Of a stretch of 64,000 nt of DNA, positions 29,552 through 42,493 are shown one piece after another (the first letter of the stretch is position 1; each line of letters begins with the position of its first letter). The stretch lies in contig JADHWE010000004.1 of the NCBI GenBank assembly GCA_016783675.1, forward strand, positions 4,072 through 68,071, given 5' to 3'. The position numbers and the translations under genes are program-made. Source of the stretch: Kiritimatiellia bacterium (lineage in GTDB: Bacteria > Verrucomicrobiota > Kiritimatiellia > UBA8416 > JABMPJ01). The notes below the pieces were generated by a model that saw only the letters and a list, made by a program, of their open reading frames with translations, was not told where the DNA came from and searched no databases.

Positions 29552-31078
29552 ATGAGAATGAAGGACAGAGCTTGCGTGGGCATGGCGCTGGGGATTGTAT
29601 CGGTGAGCTTGGGGGGCGAACTGAGCTATCCGGTTGTGGATACGGGTCAAGACCGTTGCTACGACACGTGGCGGGAGATTCGCTATCCGAGTGTTGGCGC
29701 GTCCTGCTTTGGTCAGGATGCGCAGTATAGCGGCAGCCAGCCGTCTTACCGGAACAACCGGAACGGTACCGTCACGGACCTGAACACGGGCCTGATGTGG
29801 CAGGCGGATCCTGGGGCGAAGAAGACATACGCCCAGGCCGTTGCCGGCGCCGCGCGTTGCCGGACTGGTGGCTACAATGATTGGCGGCTGCCCACGATCA
29901 AGGAGTTGTATTCCCTGATCGACTTCAGCGGCACCGACCCCGATCCGAGAGCCAGTTCAGCCGTCAGCAAGAAGCCGTTCATCAATACGCGCTATTTCAA
30001 TTTCCAGTACGGGAAGACCAGTGACGGTGAGCGCATCATCGATTCCCAGTGGGCGACCTCCACGCTCTATGTCGGCAAGGTGATGAACGGTCAACAGGCC
30101 ATGTTCGGCGTCAACTTCGCCGATGGCCGCATCAAGGGTTATCCCACCGGACGAGATCCCCGGGGACGCACCAAGACCTACTATGTCATCTACGTTCGAG
30201 GCAATGCCAACTATGGGAAGAACGATTTCGTAGACAACGGCGACGGCACGGTGACCGACCGTGCGACGGGGCTCACCTGGATGAAGGTCGACAGTGGCAA
30301 GGGCATGGATTGGCCCTCTGCACTGAAGCATGCGGAGGAAATGGACTATGCGGGTCACTCCGATTGGCGACTGCCCAACGCCAAGGAGCTGCAGAGCATC
30401 GTCGACTACACCCGCTCACCCGATACCACCCGAAGTGCCGCGATCGATCCGGTCTTCACGTGCACCCGGATGCGGAACGAGGCGGGGCAGAGCGACTACG
30501 GTCATTACTGGAGCAGTACCACGCATGTCAGCCAGCGCGGCGGAAGTCGGGGCGTGTACATCGCGTTCGGTCGCGGACTTGGTTACATGCACAGCCGTTG
30601 GATGGATGTCCATGGTGCAGGCTGTCAGCGCAGTGATGCGAAGTCCGGGAATGAATCCGACATGCCGCAGGGACATGGCTCGCAGGGCGATGCGCAGCGA
30701 ATCAACAACTTCGTTCGCCTCGTCCGCGGCGGAACCGCTGAGCCACGCGCGACGGGTCCCGCGGTCGCGATGCGGGCTGCCGATCGGCAGTCCGGACGTC
30801 AACAGTCCGAACAGCGCGGTCGTCCACAGGACTCCAGGGGAGGGAACCGACATGGTCGATCCCAGCTTGGTGGTCGCCCCACCGACTCGAGTTCCGCTGG
30901 GGGCAGCGGTGGATTCGTCACTCGCCTCGATCGCGATGGTGATGGCCGCGTTTCGCGCCAGGAGTTTGACGGCCCTAGTCAGCATTTCCCTGTCCTGGAC
31001 AAGAACAGCGACGGCTACCTCTCCGAGACGGAAGCGCCCCCGCCTCCGCCGAACGGTCATTTCCGTCCGCAGCGATGA
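29552..31078 (+). CDS. Exported DUF1566 (Lcl C-terminal)-repeat protein with EF-hand pair
   Basis: AGGAG RBS; VDTGQ, TVTD..TGLMW, DWRLP..KEL twice; DRDGDGRVS..EF and DKNSDGYLS..E. Confidence 0.82.
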   Translation: MRMKDRACVGMALGIVSVSLGGELSYPVVDTGQDRCYDTWREIRYPSVGASCFGQDAQYSGSQPSYRNNRNGTVTDLNTGLMWQADPGAKKTYAQAVAGAARCRTGGYNDWRLPTIKELYSLIDFSGTDPDPRASSAVSKKPFINTRYFNFQYGKTSDGERIIDSQWATSTLYVGKVMNGQQAMFGVNFADGRIKGYPTGRDPRGRTKTYYVIYVRGNANYGKNDFVDNGDGTVTDRATGLTWMKVDSGKGMDWPSALKHAEEMDYAGHSDWRLPNAKELQSIVDYTRSPDTTRSAAIDPVFTCTRMRNEAGQSDYGHYWSSTTHVSQRGGSRGVYIAFGRGLGYMHSRWMDVHGAGCQRSDAKSGNESDMPQGHGSQGDAQRINNFVRLVRGGTAEPRATGPAVAMRAADRQSGRQQSEQRGRPQDSRGGNRHGRSQLGGRPTDSSSAGGSGGFVTRLDRDGDGRVSRQEFDGPSQHFPVLDKNSDGYLSETEAPPPPPNGHFRPQR

Positions 31079-31251
31079 CTGCTGGCCTTACGTAAGCCGT
31101 ACGTAAGGGGGGGGCGCCGGGCGTGGAACATCACGTGCCATGAGTAAGTTCACATCTGACATGCAGGATTCCGCTGCAGGTTACGTAGCACATGGCAGAA
31201 GACATTGTGGTAGAGTCAACAGGTTCGCGGGGCGGGCCGGGAGCGGATGAG

Positions 31252-34200
31252 ATGAAGACGGTAAGCTTGGCGAAGACAGGGCGGGTCGGCAGGGCGTGGC
31301 AGGTGGTGGGCGTTCTGCTTCTCTTGGCTGGACTGGCGTGTGGCCAAGTGCCGTTGGAGAACGAGATTCTAACGGTGTCGCCAAACTGGGCTGAGCCGGG
31401 CACGAACGTGACCGTGACGTTCACGTTGGATACCGATGTCCCTCCTCCTCCGCCGTTCGCGCCGGAGACCGTGATGATGGGGTCCATCTCGTGCGTCTCT
31501 ACCTCGCATCCCTCCAGCAACGTCGTCATAGGGGTGTTCAACATTCCCGCCGGAGAATCGCTCGGGGCCAAGGACTGCGTCATAACGTTCGAAGTGGTGC
31601 CCGGGACACTTACGTTCTCGAAGACGGGCGGATTTACCGTTGGGTCGGAGCCGGTGCCCGACGGTGAGCCGTCCACGAACGGTGCGCCTTCGGCCGGCTA
31701 CAACCTGTTCGGGTCGATTAACTCGACTGACACCTACCTGATGGATAACGATGAGAATATCCTGAAGACGTGGTCGAGCAGTTACACGGTGGGCAACTCG
31801 GTCTACCTGCTGGAAGACGGTTCGCTGATGCGGACGGCCAAACCGTCGAACAGCGAGTTCAACTCGGGCGGTGCCGGTGGGCGCGTGGAACAGTTCGATT
31901 GGGACGGCAGCCTGGTCTGGTCATTCGATTACAATACGTTGTCCAACCGTTCGCACCACGATATCGACGTGCTGCCCAACGGCAACATCCTGATGATGGC
32001 ATGGGAGTTGAAGACCGGGGCCGAGGCGATCGCCGCGGGACGCAATCCATCGCTGCTTACGAAAACCAACCTGTGGCCGGATACGGTCATCGAAGTGGCC
32101 CCGACGGGATCCTATGGCGGCGACATCGTCTGGGAGTGGCATGCATGGGACCATCTGGTTCAGGACTATGACGCCGGCAAACCCAATTACGGGGTCGTGG
32201 CGGATCACCCGGAACTGATCGACCTCAACTACGCGCAGAACGGTGCCGCCGATTGGCATCACATCAATGCGATCGACTACAATGCAGCTCTCGATCAGAT
32301 CGTTCTCAGCGTCCGCAACTTCAGTGAGATCTGGGTGATCGATCATGACACCACCACCGCCGAAGCCGCCGGCCCGGCCGGTGACCTGCTCTACCGCTGG
32401 GGCAACCCGGAGGCTTACGATTCCGGCGGCCCGGGCGACCAGCAGCTCTTCGTTCAGCATGATGCCAAGTGGATCGAAGAAGGGCTCGAAGGTGAGGACA
32501 ATATCCTGATCTTCAACAACGGACAGGGGCGCCCTGGTGGCAACTACTCCTCGGTCGTTGAGATCGAACCGCCCGTGGCGGGTGACGGTACGTACACGAA
32601 TGGACTGCCTGCCGCGCCGGTATGGATCTATACGAACGCGATCCCGACCAACTTCTACTCGTCAAACATCTCCGGTGCGCAGCGTCTGCCGAACGGCAAC
32701 ACGCTGATCTGCGAGGGCGCCGAAAGCTATGCCTTTGAGGTCACACCCGATGGCGACCTGGTCTGGGACTACTCCCACACCGCCCAGATGTTCCGCTTCG
32801 AGCGCTACGCGCCCGACTATCTCGGCTTCATCGGTACCGAGCTGGCGTTGTCCGCGCGAACCTACCCCATTGTAGATACGGCGCAGGACGGCTTCTACGA
32901 TGACGTCGACGACATATCGGAGCCCGGCACGAACGATGCTTTCTACGGCCAGGACGCGTGCTACGACGGGAACCAGCCGGCCTACCTCGTCAGCCCCGAT
33001 GGCTTGACGGTCTACGATTACAACACCGGCCTGACCTGGACCCGGTCGCACGACTGGAGTGATGACGGCGAACTGGATGCGGACGACAAGATGCTGCAGA
33101 GCGCGGCGGTGGTGTATGCAGCTACGCTGAACGCTGCTGAGTACGGCGGCTGCTCGGACTGGCGCTTGCCGAGCATCAAGGAGCTCTACTCGCTGATGGA
33201 TTTCCGCGGCACAGACCCCAACGTGGAAGCCACGGACAGTTCAGGACTGACGCCCTTCATCGACGACACAATCTTCGAGATTGGCTACGGCGATGTTGGG
33301 GCAGGGGAGCGGCTCATCGATTCACAGTTCGCCACGACGACGATCTATGTCGATTTCGTCATGGTGGACCAAGAAGCCATGTTTGGCCTCAATCTTGTTG
33401 ATGGACGCATCAAGGGCTATCCGACTCAGAATAAAACCTACTATGCCTATTACTGTCGCGGAAACACGTCCTACGGCATCAACAGCTTTGCGAACAACGG
33501 TGACGCCACCATCACTGACCATGCCACCGGCCTGATGTGGGCGCAGGCCGACAGCATCGTGGGCATGGACTGGTCCAATGCGCTGGCCTACGCCGAGGGA
33601 TCGACGCTGGCGGGGCACACGGACTGGCGGCTACCCAACACGAAGGAGCTGCAGAGCATCGTCGACTACACCCGATCACCGGGCACCCACGGCACCGCAG
33701 CCATCGACCCGGCTTTCGCCTGCACCCAGATCACCAACATGGAAAACCAGGCGGACTTCCCCTGGTACTGGGCTTCCACCACGCACCTGAAGTACACGGG
33801 TGTTGACGACCAGGGCTCCTACGTCTGTTTCGGACGCGGTACGGGAACGATGGACGGTACGAACGTTATTGATGTCCATGGTGCCGGCTGCCAGCGCAGT
33901 GATCCCAAGACCGGCGACCCCGGCTCATACCCCTCATCCGGCCACGGTCCGCAGGGCGACGTCCGCCGCGTCTTCAACCACGTCCGCATCGTGCGCGACC
34001 TCGCTCCAATCGCTGACTACGACGACGATGGCCTCACCGATGCTGATGAGAGGGGTGTCTACAGCACCAGCCCCTACGATTCGGATACGGATGGAGACGG
34101 GGCCACGGACGGCGACGAGGTATATGCCGGGACGGGGCCCACGGATGACGCATCGTTCTTTGCGCTCAGTGGACTGGAGATCACGTCTACCACGAACGTT

Positions 34201-34377
34201 GTCCTCCAGTGGTCCAGCGTCTCCAACCGCACCTACGCGGTCTGGGGTTCATCCAACCTGCTCTCCAACACCTGGTGGTTCATCGAAGGCGGCATCACAA
34301 GCACTCCATCCGTCAACGTCTACACCACCACGCTCCAGAATGCAGCAGGTGAGTTTTACCGGATCGAGGTGGAGTAG
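31252..34377 (+). CDS. Exported arylsulfate sulfotransferase-like + 2x DUF1566 protein with C-terminal sorting-like domain
   Basis: HHDIDVLPNGN, WHHINAIDY, LYRWGNP, QHDA, SGAQRLPNGNT (ASST); two DWRLP repeats; D.D.DG..D..E repeats and FYRIEVE tail. Confidence 0.82.
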   Translation: MKTVSLAKTGRVGRAWQVVGVLLLLAGLACGQVPLENEILTVSPNWAEPGTNVTVTFTLDTDVPPPPPFAPETVMMGSISCVSTSHPSSNVVIGVFNIPAGESLGAKDCVITFEVVPGTLTFSKTGGFTVGSEPVPDGEPSTNGAPSAGYNLFGSINSTDTYLMDNDENILKTWSSSYTVGNSVYLLEDGSLMRTAKPSNSEFNSGGAGGRVEQFDWDGSLVWSFDYNTLSNRSHHDIDVLPNGNILMMAWELKTGAEAIAAGRNPSLLTKTNLWPDTVIEVAPTGSYGGDIVWEWHAWDHLVQDYDAGKPNYGVVADHPELIDLNYAQNGAADWHHINAIDYNAALDQIVLSVRNFSEIWVIDHDTTTAEAAGPAGDLLYRWGNPEAYDSGGPGDQQLFVQHDAKWIEEGLEGEDNILIFNNGQGRPGGNYSSVVEIEPPVAGDGTYTNGLPAAPVWIYTNAIPTNFYSSNISGAQRLPNGNTLICEGAESYAFEVTPDGDLVWDYSHTAQMFRFERYAPDYLGFIGTELALSARTYPIVDTAQDGFYDDVDDISEPGTNDAFYGQDACYDGNQPAYLVSPDGLTVYDYNTGLTWTRSHDWSDDGELDADDKMLQSAAVVYAATLNAAEYGGCSDWRLPSIKELYSLMDFRGTDPNVEATDSSGLTPFIDDTIFEIGYGDVGAGERLIDSQFATTTIYVDFVMVDQEAMFGLNLVDGRIKGYPTQNKTYYAYYCRGNTSYGINSFANNGDATITDHATGLMWAQADSIVGMDWSNALAYAEGSTLAGHTDWRLPNTKELQSIVDYTRSPGTHGTAAIDPAFACTQITNMENQADFPWYWASTTHLKYTGVDDQGSYVCFGRGTGTMDGTNVIDVHGAGCQRSDPKTGDPGSYPSSGHGPQGDVRRVFNHVRIVRDLAPIADYDDDGLTDADERGVYSTSPYDSDTDGDGATDGDEVYAGTGPTDDASFFALSGLEITSTTNVVLQWSSVSNRTYAVWGSSNLLSNTWWFIEGGITSTPSVNVYTTTLQNAAGEFYRIEVE

Positions 34378-34432
34378 CGGGGGGAGTGACACCAGAGCCA
34401 CACGTCTATCAGCAGGGGATACCTGCGAAGGT

Positions 34433-35407
34433 TCAGGCGTGACCCACTGACGTCACGGCGTCTTGCGGCGTTTGGTAGGATTGCAGCAGGGTCGTGAGAT
34501 TTGTGGTCGTGTTGGTGACGCCGAGTTTGCGGCGAATGTGTTCACGGTGGCGGCTGATCGTGGCGGCCGAAACACCGCGGAGCGCGGCAATGTCTTTGGT
34601 CTGCATCCCGCGCCGAATCATGTCGCAGATCCTCACTTCGGTCGGGGTAAGCGAGGCATACCGTTGTGTCAGTTGGTTGACAAACGGCGAGACGAGGTCT
34701 TCGAGATTGTCGCGCAGCAGTTCCACATACTTGCGGTCGGACGTGGGGATTCTCAGCATCAGCGCATGGATGATGGGCATCAGGATTCTTTCCACATTGG
34801 TCTGAACATCCCGAGCGATATCTCGTTTCTCATCTTCAATACGGGCGAGAACGCCCCGCAAGGCAATATTCGATTCCGCCAGCGCCTTGCGCTCCACCTC
34901 CAGTTGACGATTGGTCTCCTGCAGTTCCCGCTCAACATCCATGCGCGCCGCGGCCATACCAATCCGTTCGGCCACGGCATTGAGCAGCGCCCGCTCTTCA
35001 CGCAGGAACGGTCCCTCAACGGCAGCGGGACACCGCTGCGTGTACACCACGATTACCTCGCCGACATTCTCGCCCTGGACGAAGACCGGTGCTGCCTGCA
35101 TCCACGGCATGGCTCGGTAGCCGGCGGTCTTGTAGGTCGATCCTCGGAATCGGATGGCCGCTTCAGTCAGCTCGGGGAACTGCCACGATGGCGGGAGGAG
35201 CATTACCACGTTTTCCATAAACGCCTCCAGCGAGTCTGGATGCAGCTCGGCAACCCGTGAGATCGCGTAGAGGCAGTTCAGCTCCTTGATGCGTTCACCC
35301 AGCGCACGCTCGACTTTTCCCGGCTCCTTCTCCGCACTCGGCGGAATGAGCCAGAGCGGATGCCCTGCGGAATCATCGAAGGTGTCATTGTGGGCCGCGG
35401 TCTGCAT
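34433..35407 (-). CDS. LuxR-family regulator with N-terminal GAF-like sensor domain
   Basis: ERIKELNCLY...GPFLREE sensor domain, coiled coil, LTPTEVRIC.MIRRG...KDIA...HREHIRRKLG. Confidence 0.85.
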   Translation of the reverse strand: MQTAAHNDTFDDSAGHPLWLIPPSAEKEPGKVERALGERIKELNCLYAISRVAELHPDSLEAFMENVVMLLPPSWQFPELTEAAIRFRGSTYKTAGYRAMPWMQAAPVFVQGENVGEVIVVYTQRCPAAVEGPFLREERALLNAVAERIGMAAARMDVERELQETNRQLEVERKALAESNIALRGVLARIEDEKRDIARDVQTNVERILMPIIHALMLRIPTSDRKYVELLRDNLEDLVSPFVNQLTQRYASLTPTEVRICDMIRRGMQTKDIAALRGVSAATISRHREHIRRKLGVTNTTTNLTTLLQSYQTPQDAVTSVGHA

Positions 35408-35420
35408 ATGAATGCTTATG

Positions 35421-35465
35421 TATATAGGCCTCTATACTGCCTATGTCAAATAGGCAATATATAGG
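35421..35465. promoter_or_regulatory. Putative operator array (TGCCTAT-N5-ATAGGCA flanked by TATATAGG repeats)
   Basis: Inverted repeat 35438-35456; TATATAGG at 35421 and 35458; divergent promoter region. Confidence 0.5.
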
Positions 35466-35547
35466 TGGAATAATCGCATTTACGTGATCTGATAGCGCCT
35501 CTACCATCTACGGAGCGAGAATCGTTACGGAACGGGAGGCAGAAGGC

Positions 35548-37068
35548 ATGGGGAATCAGGCAGTGGGATTTGATAGTGCGCGTTACTTGGAGGAGCAGAG
35601 CGAGTATATCCTTGAGCGCGCGAAGTCTTTCGATGACCGTCTGTACCTCGAATTCGGAGGCAAACTGATCTCCGACCACCACGCCTCCCGCGTCCTGCCG
35701 GGCTTCGATCCGCATGCCAAGGTGCGACTACTGCAGCGCCTGAAAGATGTGACCGACATCATTCTCTGTATCTATGCGGGGGATATTGAGCGCAAGAAGC
35801 TGCGCGCGGACTTTGGGATCACCTACGATGTTGATGTCCTTCGTCTGCTCGACGAATTCGCATCGTGGGGGCTGCATGTTGCTGCCGTGGTTATCACCCG
35901 GTACGAAGAGCAGCCCGCTGCGGTTCAGTTCAAGCACGGATTGGAGCGGCGGGGGGTCCGGGTCTATACGCACCGCGCGACGAAAGGGTATCCCACGGAT
36001 GTGGATACCATTGCCAGCGAGGAAGGGTATGGTGCCAATCCCTATATCGAAGTGAGCCGCCCGGTGGTTGTGGTCACGGCGCCAGGGCCCGGCAGCGGCA
36101 AGATGGCGACCTGCCTGTCGCAGGTCTACCATGACCATCAACGCGGTCGAAAATCCGGCTACTCGAAGTTCGAGACGTTCCCAATCTGGAATCTCCCCCT
36201 CAAGCATCCCGTCAACATTGCCTATGAAGCCGCGACCGCGGACCTGGGCGATGTCAATATGGTGGACCCGTTTCACCTGGAAGCCACGGGCGAACAGGCC
36301 ATCAACTACAACCGCGATATCGAGATCTTTCCAGTGCTCAGGCGCATCCTGGAAAAGGTTACCGGGGCGGAGTCACCCTATCAGTCCCCCACACAGATGG
36401 GCGTTAACCGGGCGGGATTTGCCATCACGGATGATGCGGTCGTGCGCGAGGCGGCCACGCAGGAGGTGATCCGGCGCTATTTCCGCTATGGCTGTGAACA
36501 CGCCCTCGGGTTCGCCTCTCCCGAGACGCTTGAACGGGCCACCTTGCTGATGGAAGAGATTGGCGGGTCCCCGGAACAGCGTCCCGTCGTACCCGTGGCA
36601 CGTGAGGCGGCCACGCGGGCCGTCGATGCCGGCAAGGGCAAGGAGGGGGTCTATTGTGGTGCCGCCCTCTGTCTGTCGGACGGACGTATTGTCGCGGGAA
36701 GTAATTCGAATGCTATGCATGCAACATCCAGCCTCGTGCTGAATGCCGTCAAAACGCTCGCCGAGATCCCGCACGAGATGGAGATCCTGACCGAGAATAC
36801 GATCGCCTCCATTACGCGGCTCAAACGCGATATCCTCGAAACCCGCCAGTTGAGCCTGGACCTGGAGGAGACGCTGATCGCGCTGAGTGTCAGTGCCATA
36901 TCGAATTCGGCCGCGAAGGTTGCCATGGAGAAGTTGACCGCGCTGCGTGGCTGCGAGATGCACCTGACGCATATGCCGCCCCCAGGCGATGAAGCCGGGC
37001 TCCGGGTCCTGGGCGTCAACGTGACAAGCGATCCTCATTTCGCGGGAAAGAATCTCTACATCACCTGA
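35548..37068 (+). CDS. DUF1846 (UPF0371) family protein
   Basis: LYLEFGGKL..D.HA.RVLPG, APGPGSGK.ATCLSQ, KFETFP.WN, NYNRD.E.FP, SPT.MGVN. Confidence 0.9.
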   Translation: MGNQAVGFDSARYLEEQSEYILERAKSFDDRLYLEFGGKLISDHHASRVLPGFDPHAKVRLLQRLKDVTDIILCIYAGDIERKKLRADFGITYDVDVLRLLDEFASWGLHVAAVVITRYEEQPAAVQFKHGLERRGVRVYTHRATKGYPTDVDTIASEEGYGANPYIEVSRPVVVVTAPGPGSGKMATCLSQVYHDHQRGRKSGYSKFETFPIWNLPLKHPVNIAYEAATADLGDVNMVDPFHLEATGEQAINYNRDIEIFPVLRRILEKVTGAESPYQSPTQMGVNRAGFAITDDAVVREAATQEVIRRYFRYGCEHALGFASPETLERATLLMEEIGGSPEQRPVVPVAREAATRAVDAGKGKEGVYCGAALCLSDGRIVAGSNSNAMHATSSLVLNAVKTLAEIPHEMEILTENTIASITRLKRDILETRQLSLDLEETLIALSVSAISNSAAKVAMEKLTALRGCEMHLTHMPPPGDEAGLRVLGVNVTSDPHFAGKNLYIT

Positions 37069-37132
37069 ACCACCCATTTCACTCACAACCAGAACGCAGA
37101 AAAGACGCACGTCACAACGGAAGGATGACCCC

Positions 37133-40336
<3,204 letters not shown>

Positions 40337-40349
40337 TCGCTGCACGCGA

Positions 40350-40742
40350 TCAGGCGAGGCTGTGCACGTGGGGATAGTCGAGGATCTTGCGGTCGGCGGT
40401 GACGATGGACATGCGGTGCAACCGCGCCGCGGCGACGATGAACCGGTCGGCTGGATCGCGGTGGAAGTCTCCCGGCAGAGAGAAGGCTTCCTGCACGGTC
40501 TCAAGGTCGATATCCAGCACGGACCACCCGTTCTCGGCGATGGCGTTGTCGAACCAGGTCCGCCAGTGTGGAACCATTTCGATTCGGCCCTTCTCGGCGA
40601 GGCAGGCAATCTCGGCGCAGCTGATAGCAGAGACGAAGACTGAGCTGTCAGCGGCTGTGACAACATCACGCACCGCTTCAGATAGACGGTCTGGATCCGA
40701 AACACACCAGACGATGGCACAGGTGTCCAAAAGCACGTTCAT
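40350..40742 (-). CDS. vapC: Type II toxin, VapC/PIN family
   Basis: LLDTC..W, S.IS.AEI, HRDPADR.IVA.A, VTAD. Confidence 0.92.
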   Translation of the reverse strand: MNVLLDTCAIVWCVSDPDRLSEAVRDVVTAADSSVFVSAISCAEIACLAEKGRIEMVPHWRTWFDNAIAENGWSVLDIDLETVQEAFSLPGDFHRDPADRFIVAAARLHRMSIVTADRKILDYPHVHSLA

Positions 40743-40993
40743 CGTAGCGTGCCCCATTCTTCCTCGTCCATCGCCGGAGCGGTCAGGTCACAGGTCACGA
40801 CGACGCTGTCCCTGGCTGATCCCAGGCGAGTACGGTTGGGTTGCAGCGCCGTTTCAACCGGGACGAGCTCGGCCACGGGCTTGTTGCGGCGGCAGACCAC
40901 CACCGTCTTCCCCTGTTCCGCCATCGTCACATACGCACTCAAGCTCTCCTTGATCTGTGCGATGTTGGCCCGCTCTGTCTTGTACTCTTTCAT
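40739..40993 (-). CDS. Phd/YefM family antitoxin
   Basis: NIAQIKESLS.YV..AE.G..VVV.RRNKPVAELVP; ATGA overlap with toxin. Confidence 0.88.
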   Translation of the reverse strand: MKEYKTERANIAQIKESLSAYVTMAEQGKTVVVCRRNKPVAELVPVETALQPNRTRLGSARDSVVVTCDLTAPAMDEEEWGTLR

Positions 40994-41028
40994 GACTATA
41001 TAGTTGACTATAAGTGAGACTATGTCAA
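40994..41028 (-). promoter_or_regulatory. TA promoter/operator: GACTAT x3 at 12-bp period plus TTGACA
   Basis: GACTAT at 40994, 41006, 41018; palindrome ACTATATAGT; minus-strand TTGACA at 41023-41028. Confidence 0.6.
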
Positions 41029-41195
41029 GCGAGACGGCATCGGCATATTCGGGTGAGCCTGCCGTCGCCCCGTCGGCTTTGTGCTTGTACAGGCAATCGG
41101 GGGGCGGGTATTGTCTGGGGTTTGCTTGGAAAAGAGCGCAAAACATATGGTGCGCGTGGCTTAGGCGCGGCGCTGCGTGAGAGAGTGGTGTGGCT

Positions 41196-42488
41196 ATGAA
41201 AGAGATTGGATTGGGACTGTTGGGGTTTGGAACCGTCGGGGCCGGCGTGGTCCGTGGACTGCAGGCCAACGGGGAGCTGATGGCGAGCCGGTTGGGCGTG
41301 AAGCTGGTGTTGCGGCGGATTGCGGACTTGGACCTCGAGAGCGACCGCGGTGTGACCGTGGATCCGGGCGTCCTAACGACCGATGCGAAGGCGGTGATCG
41401 ATGATCCGGCCGTGGACGTGGTGATCGAGCTGGTGGGCGGCACCGGCGTGGCGAAGGAGTTTGTCCTGCGCGCGTTGGAGCAGGGCAAGCCGGTCGTGAC
41501 CGCCAACAAGGCGTTGCTGGCCGATTTCGGGGCCGAGATTTTCGACCTGGCCCGCGAGAAAAAGACGGATATCTACTTCGGGGCCAGTGTCGGCGGCGGC
41601 ATTCCTATTATAAGGGCGCTGCGCGAGGGGCTCTCAGCCAACCGGATCGAGAGCATCCACGGCATCCTGAACGGGACCTGCAACTACATCCTGACCGAGA
41701 TGGAGCGTGCCGGTGTGCCGTTCGACGAGTGCCTGGCCGATGCGCAGGCGAAGGGCTATGCCGAGGCGGAGCCGAGCCTGGATATCGACGGATTTGACAC
41801 GGCCCACAAGGCCGTGATCCTGGCCTCGCTCGCGTACGGCGGGACGGTGCCGATGGACGCGGTGTTCGTGGAGGGTATCCGCGGGCTGTCGGACCTGGAT
41901 ATCGGCTATGCGCGCGACTTGGGCTACCGGGTGAAGCTGCTGGCGGTGATCAGGGCAAACGAGGGGGCCGTGGAAATCCGCGTGCATCCGTCGCTGGTAC
42001 CATTGGACAGCATGCTTGCATCGGTGAGCGGTGTGTTCAACGCGGTGCTGGTGAATGGCGATATGACCGGCGATACGCTCTACTACGGGCGCGGGGCCGG
42101 GGCGGACCCGACCGCCAGCACGGTGCTGGGCGATGTGGTGGACGTGGTGCGGAGCCTTGAGTCGGGCTCGGCCCACCGTATTGCGGCGATCCCGGAATCG
42201 GGCGACGAGATTCGGATTAGGCCCATGCCGGAGATCACGACGCGCTACTACCTGCGGCTCTGCCTCAAGGATGAGCCGGGGGTGCTGTCGACGATTACGA
42301 GTGTGTTGGGCAAGCACCAGATCAGTTTGGCTTCGGCCTTGCAGAAGGATGAGCCGGAAGAGAACCACGTGCCGGTGGTCTTTATGACCCACGCGGCCGC
42401 GGAAGCGGAAATGGACGCGGCATTGAAGGAGATCGCCGCATTGGACTGTGTCGGTGCCGAGCCGGTGCGGTTGCGGATAGAAGGATAG
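41196..42488 (+). CDS. hom: Homoserine dehydrogenase
   Basis: GFGTVG, VVTANK, SVGGGIP, GILNGTCNYIL, YGRGAG, ACT domain. Confidence 0.96.
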   Translation: MKEIGLGLLGFGTVGAGVVRGLQANGELMASRLGVKLVLRRIADLDLESDRGVTVDPGVLTTDAKAVIDDPAVDVVIELVGGTGVAKEFVLRALEQGKPVVTANKALLADFGAEIFDLAREKKTDIYFGASVGGGIPIIRALREGLSANRIESIHGILNGTCNYILTEMERAGVPFDECLADAQAKGYAEAEPSLDIDGFDTAHKAVILASLAYGGTVPMDAVFVEGIRGLSDLDIGYARDLGYRVKLLAVIRANEGAVEIRVHPSLVPLDSMLASVSGVFNAVLVNGDMTGDTLYYGRGAGADPTASTVLGDVVDVVRSLESGSAHRIAAIPESGDEIRIRPMPEITTRYYLRLCLKDEPGVLSTITSVLGKHQISLASALQKDEPEENHVPVVFMTHAAAEAEMDAALKEIAALDCVGAEPVRLRIEG

Positions 42489-42493
42489 GGACG

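Noticed and set aside
35408-35424. ARG-box-like sequence ATGAATgcttATGTAT near the carB operon
   Set aside because: Single degenerate match in an AT-rich stretch with no tandem partner; not distinguishable from chance
40994-41509. Extended 256-aa ORF containing the antitoxin
   Set aside because: Extension overlaps hom on the opposite strand; only the last 84 aa resemble Phd/YefM
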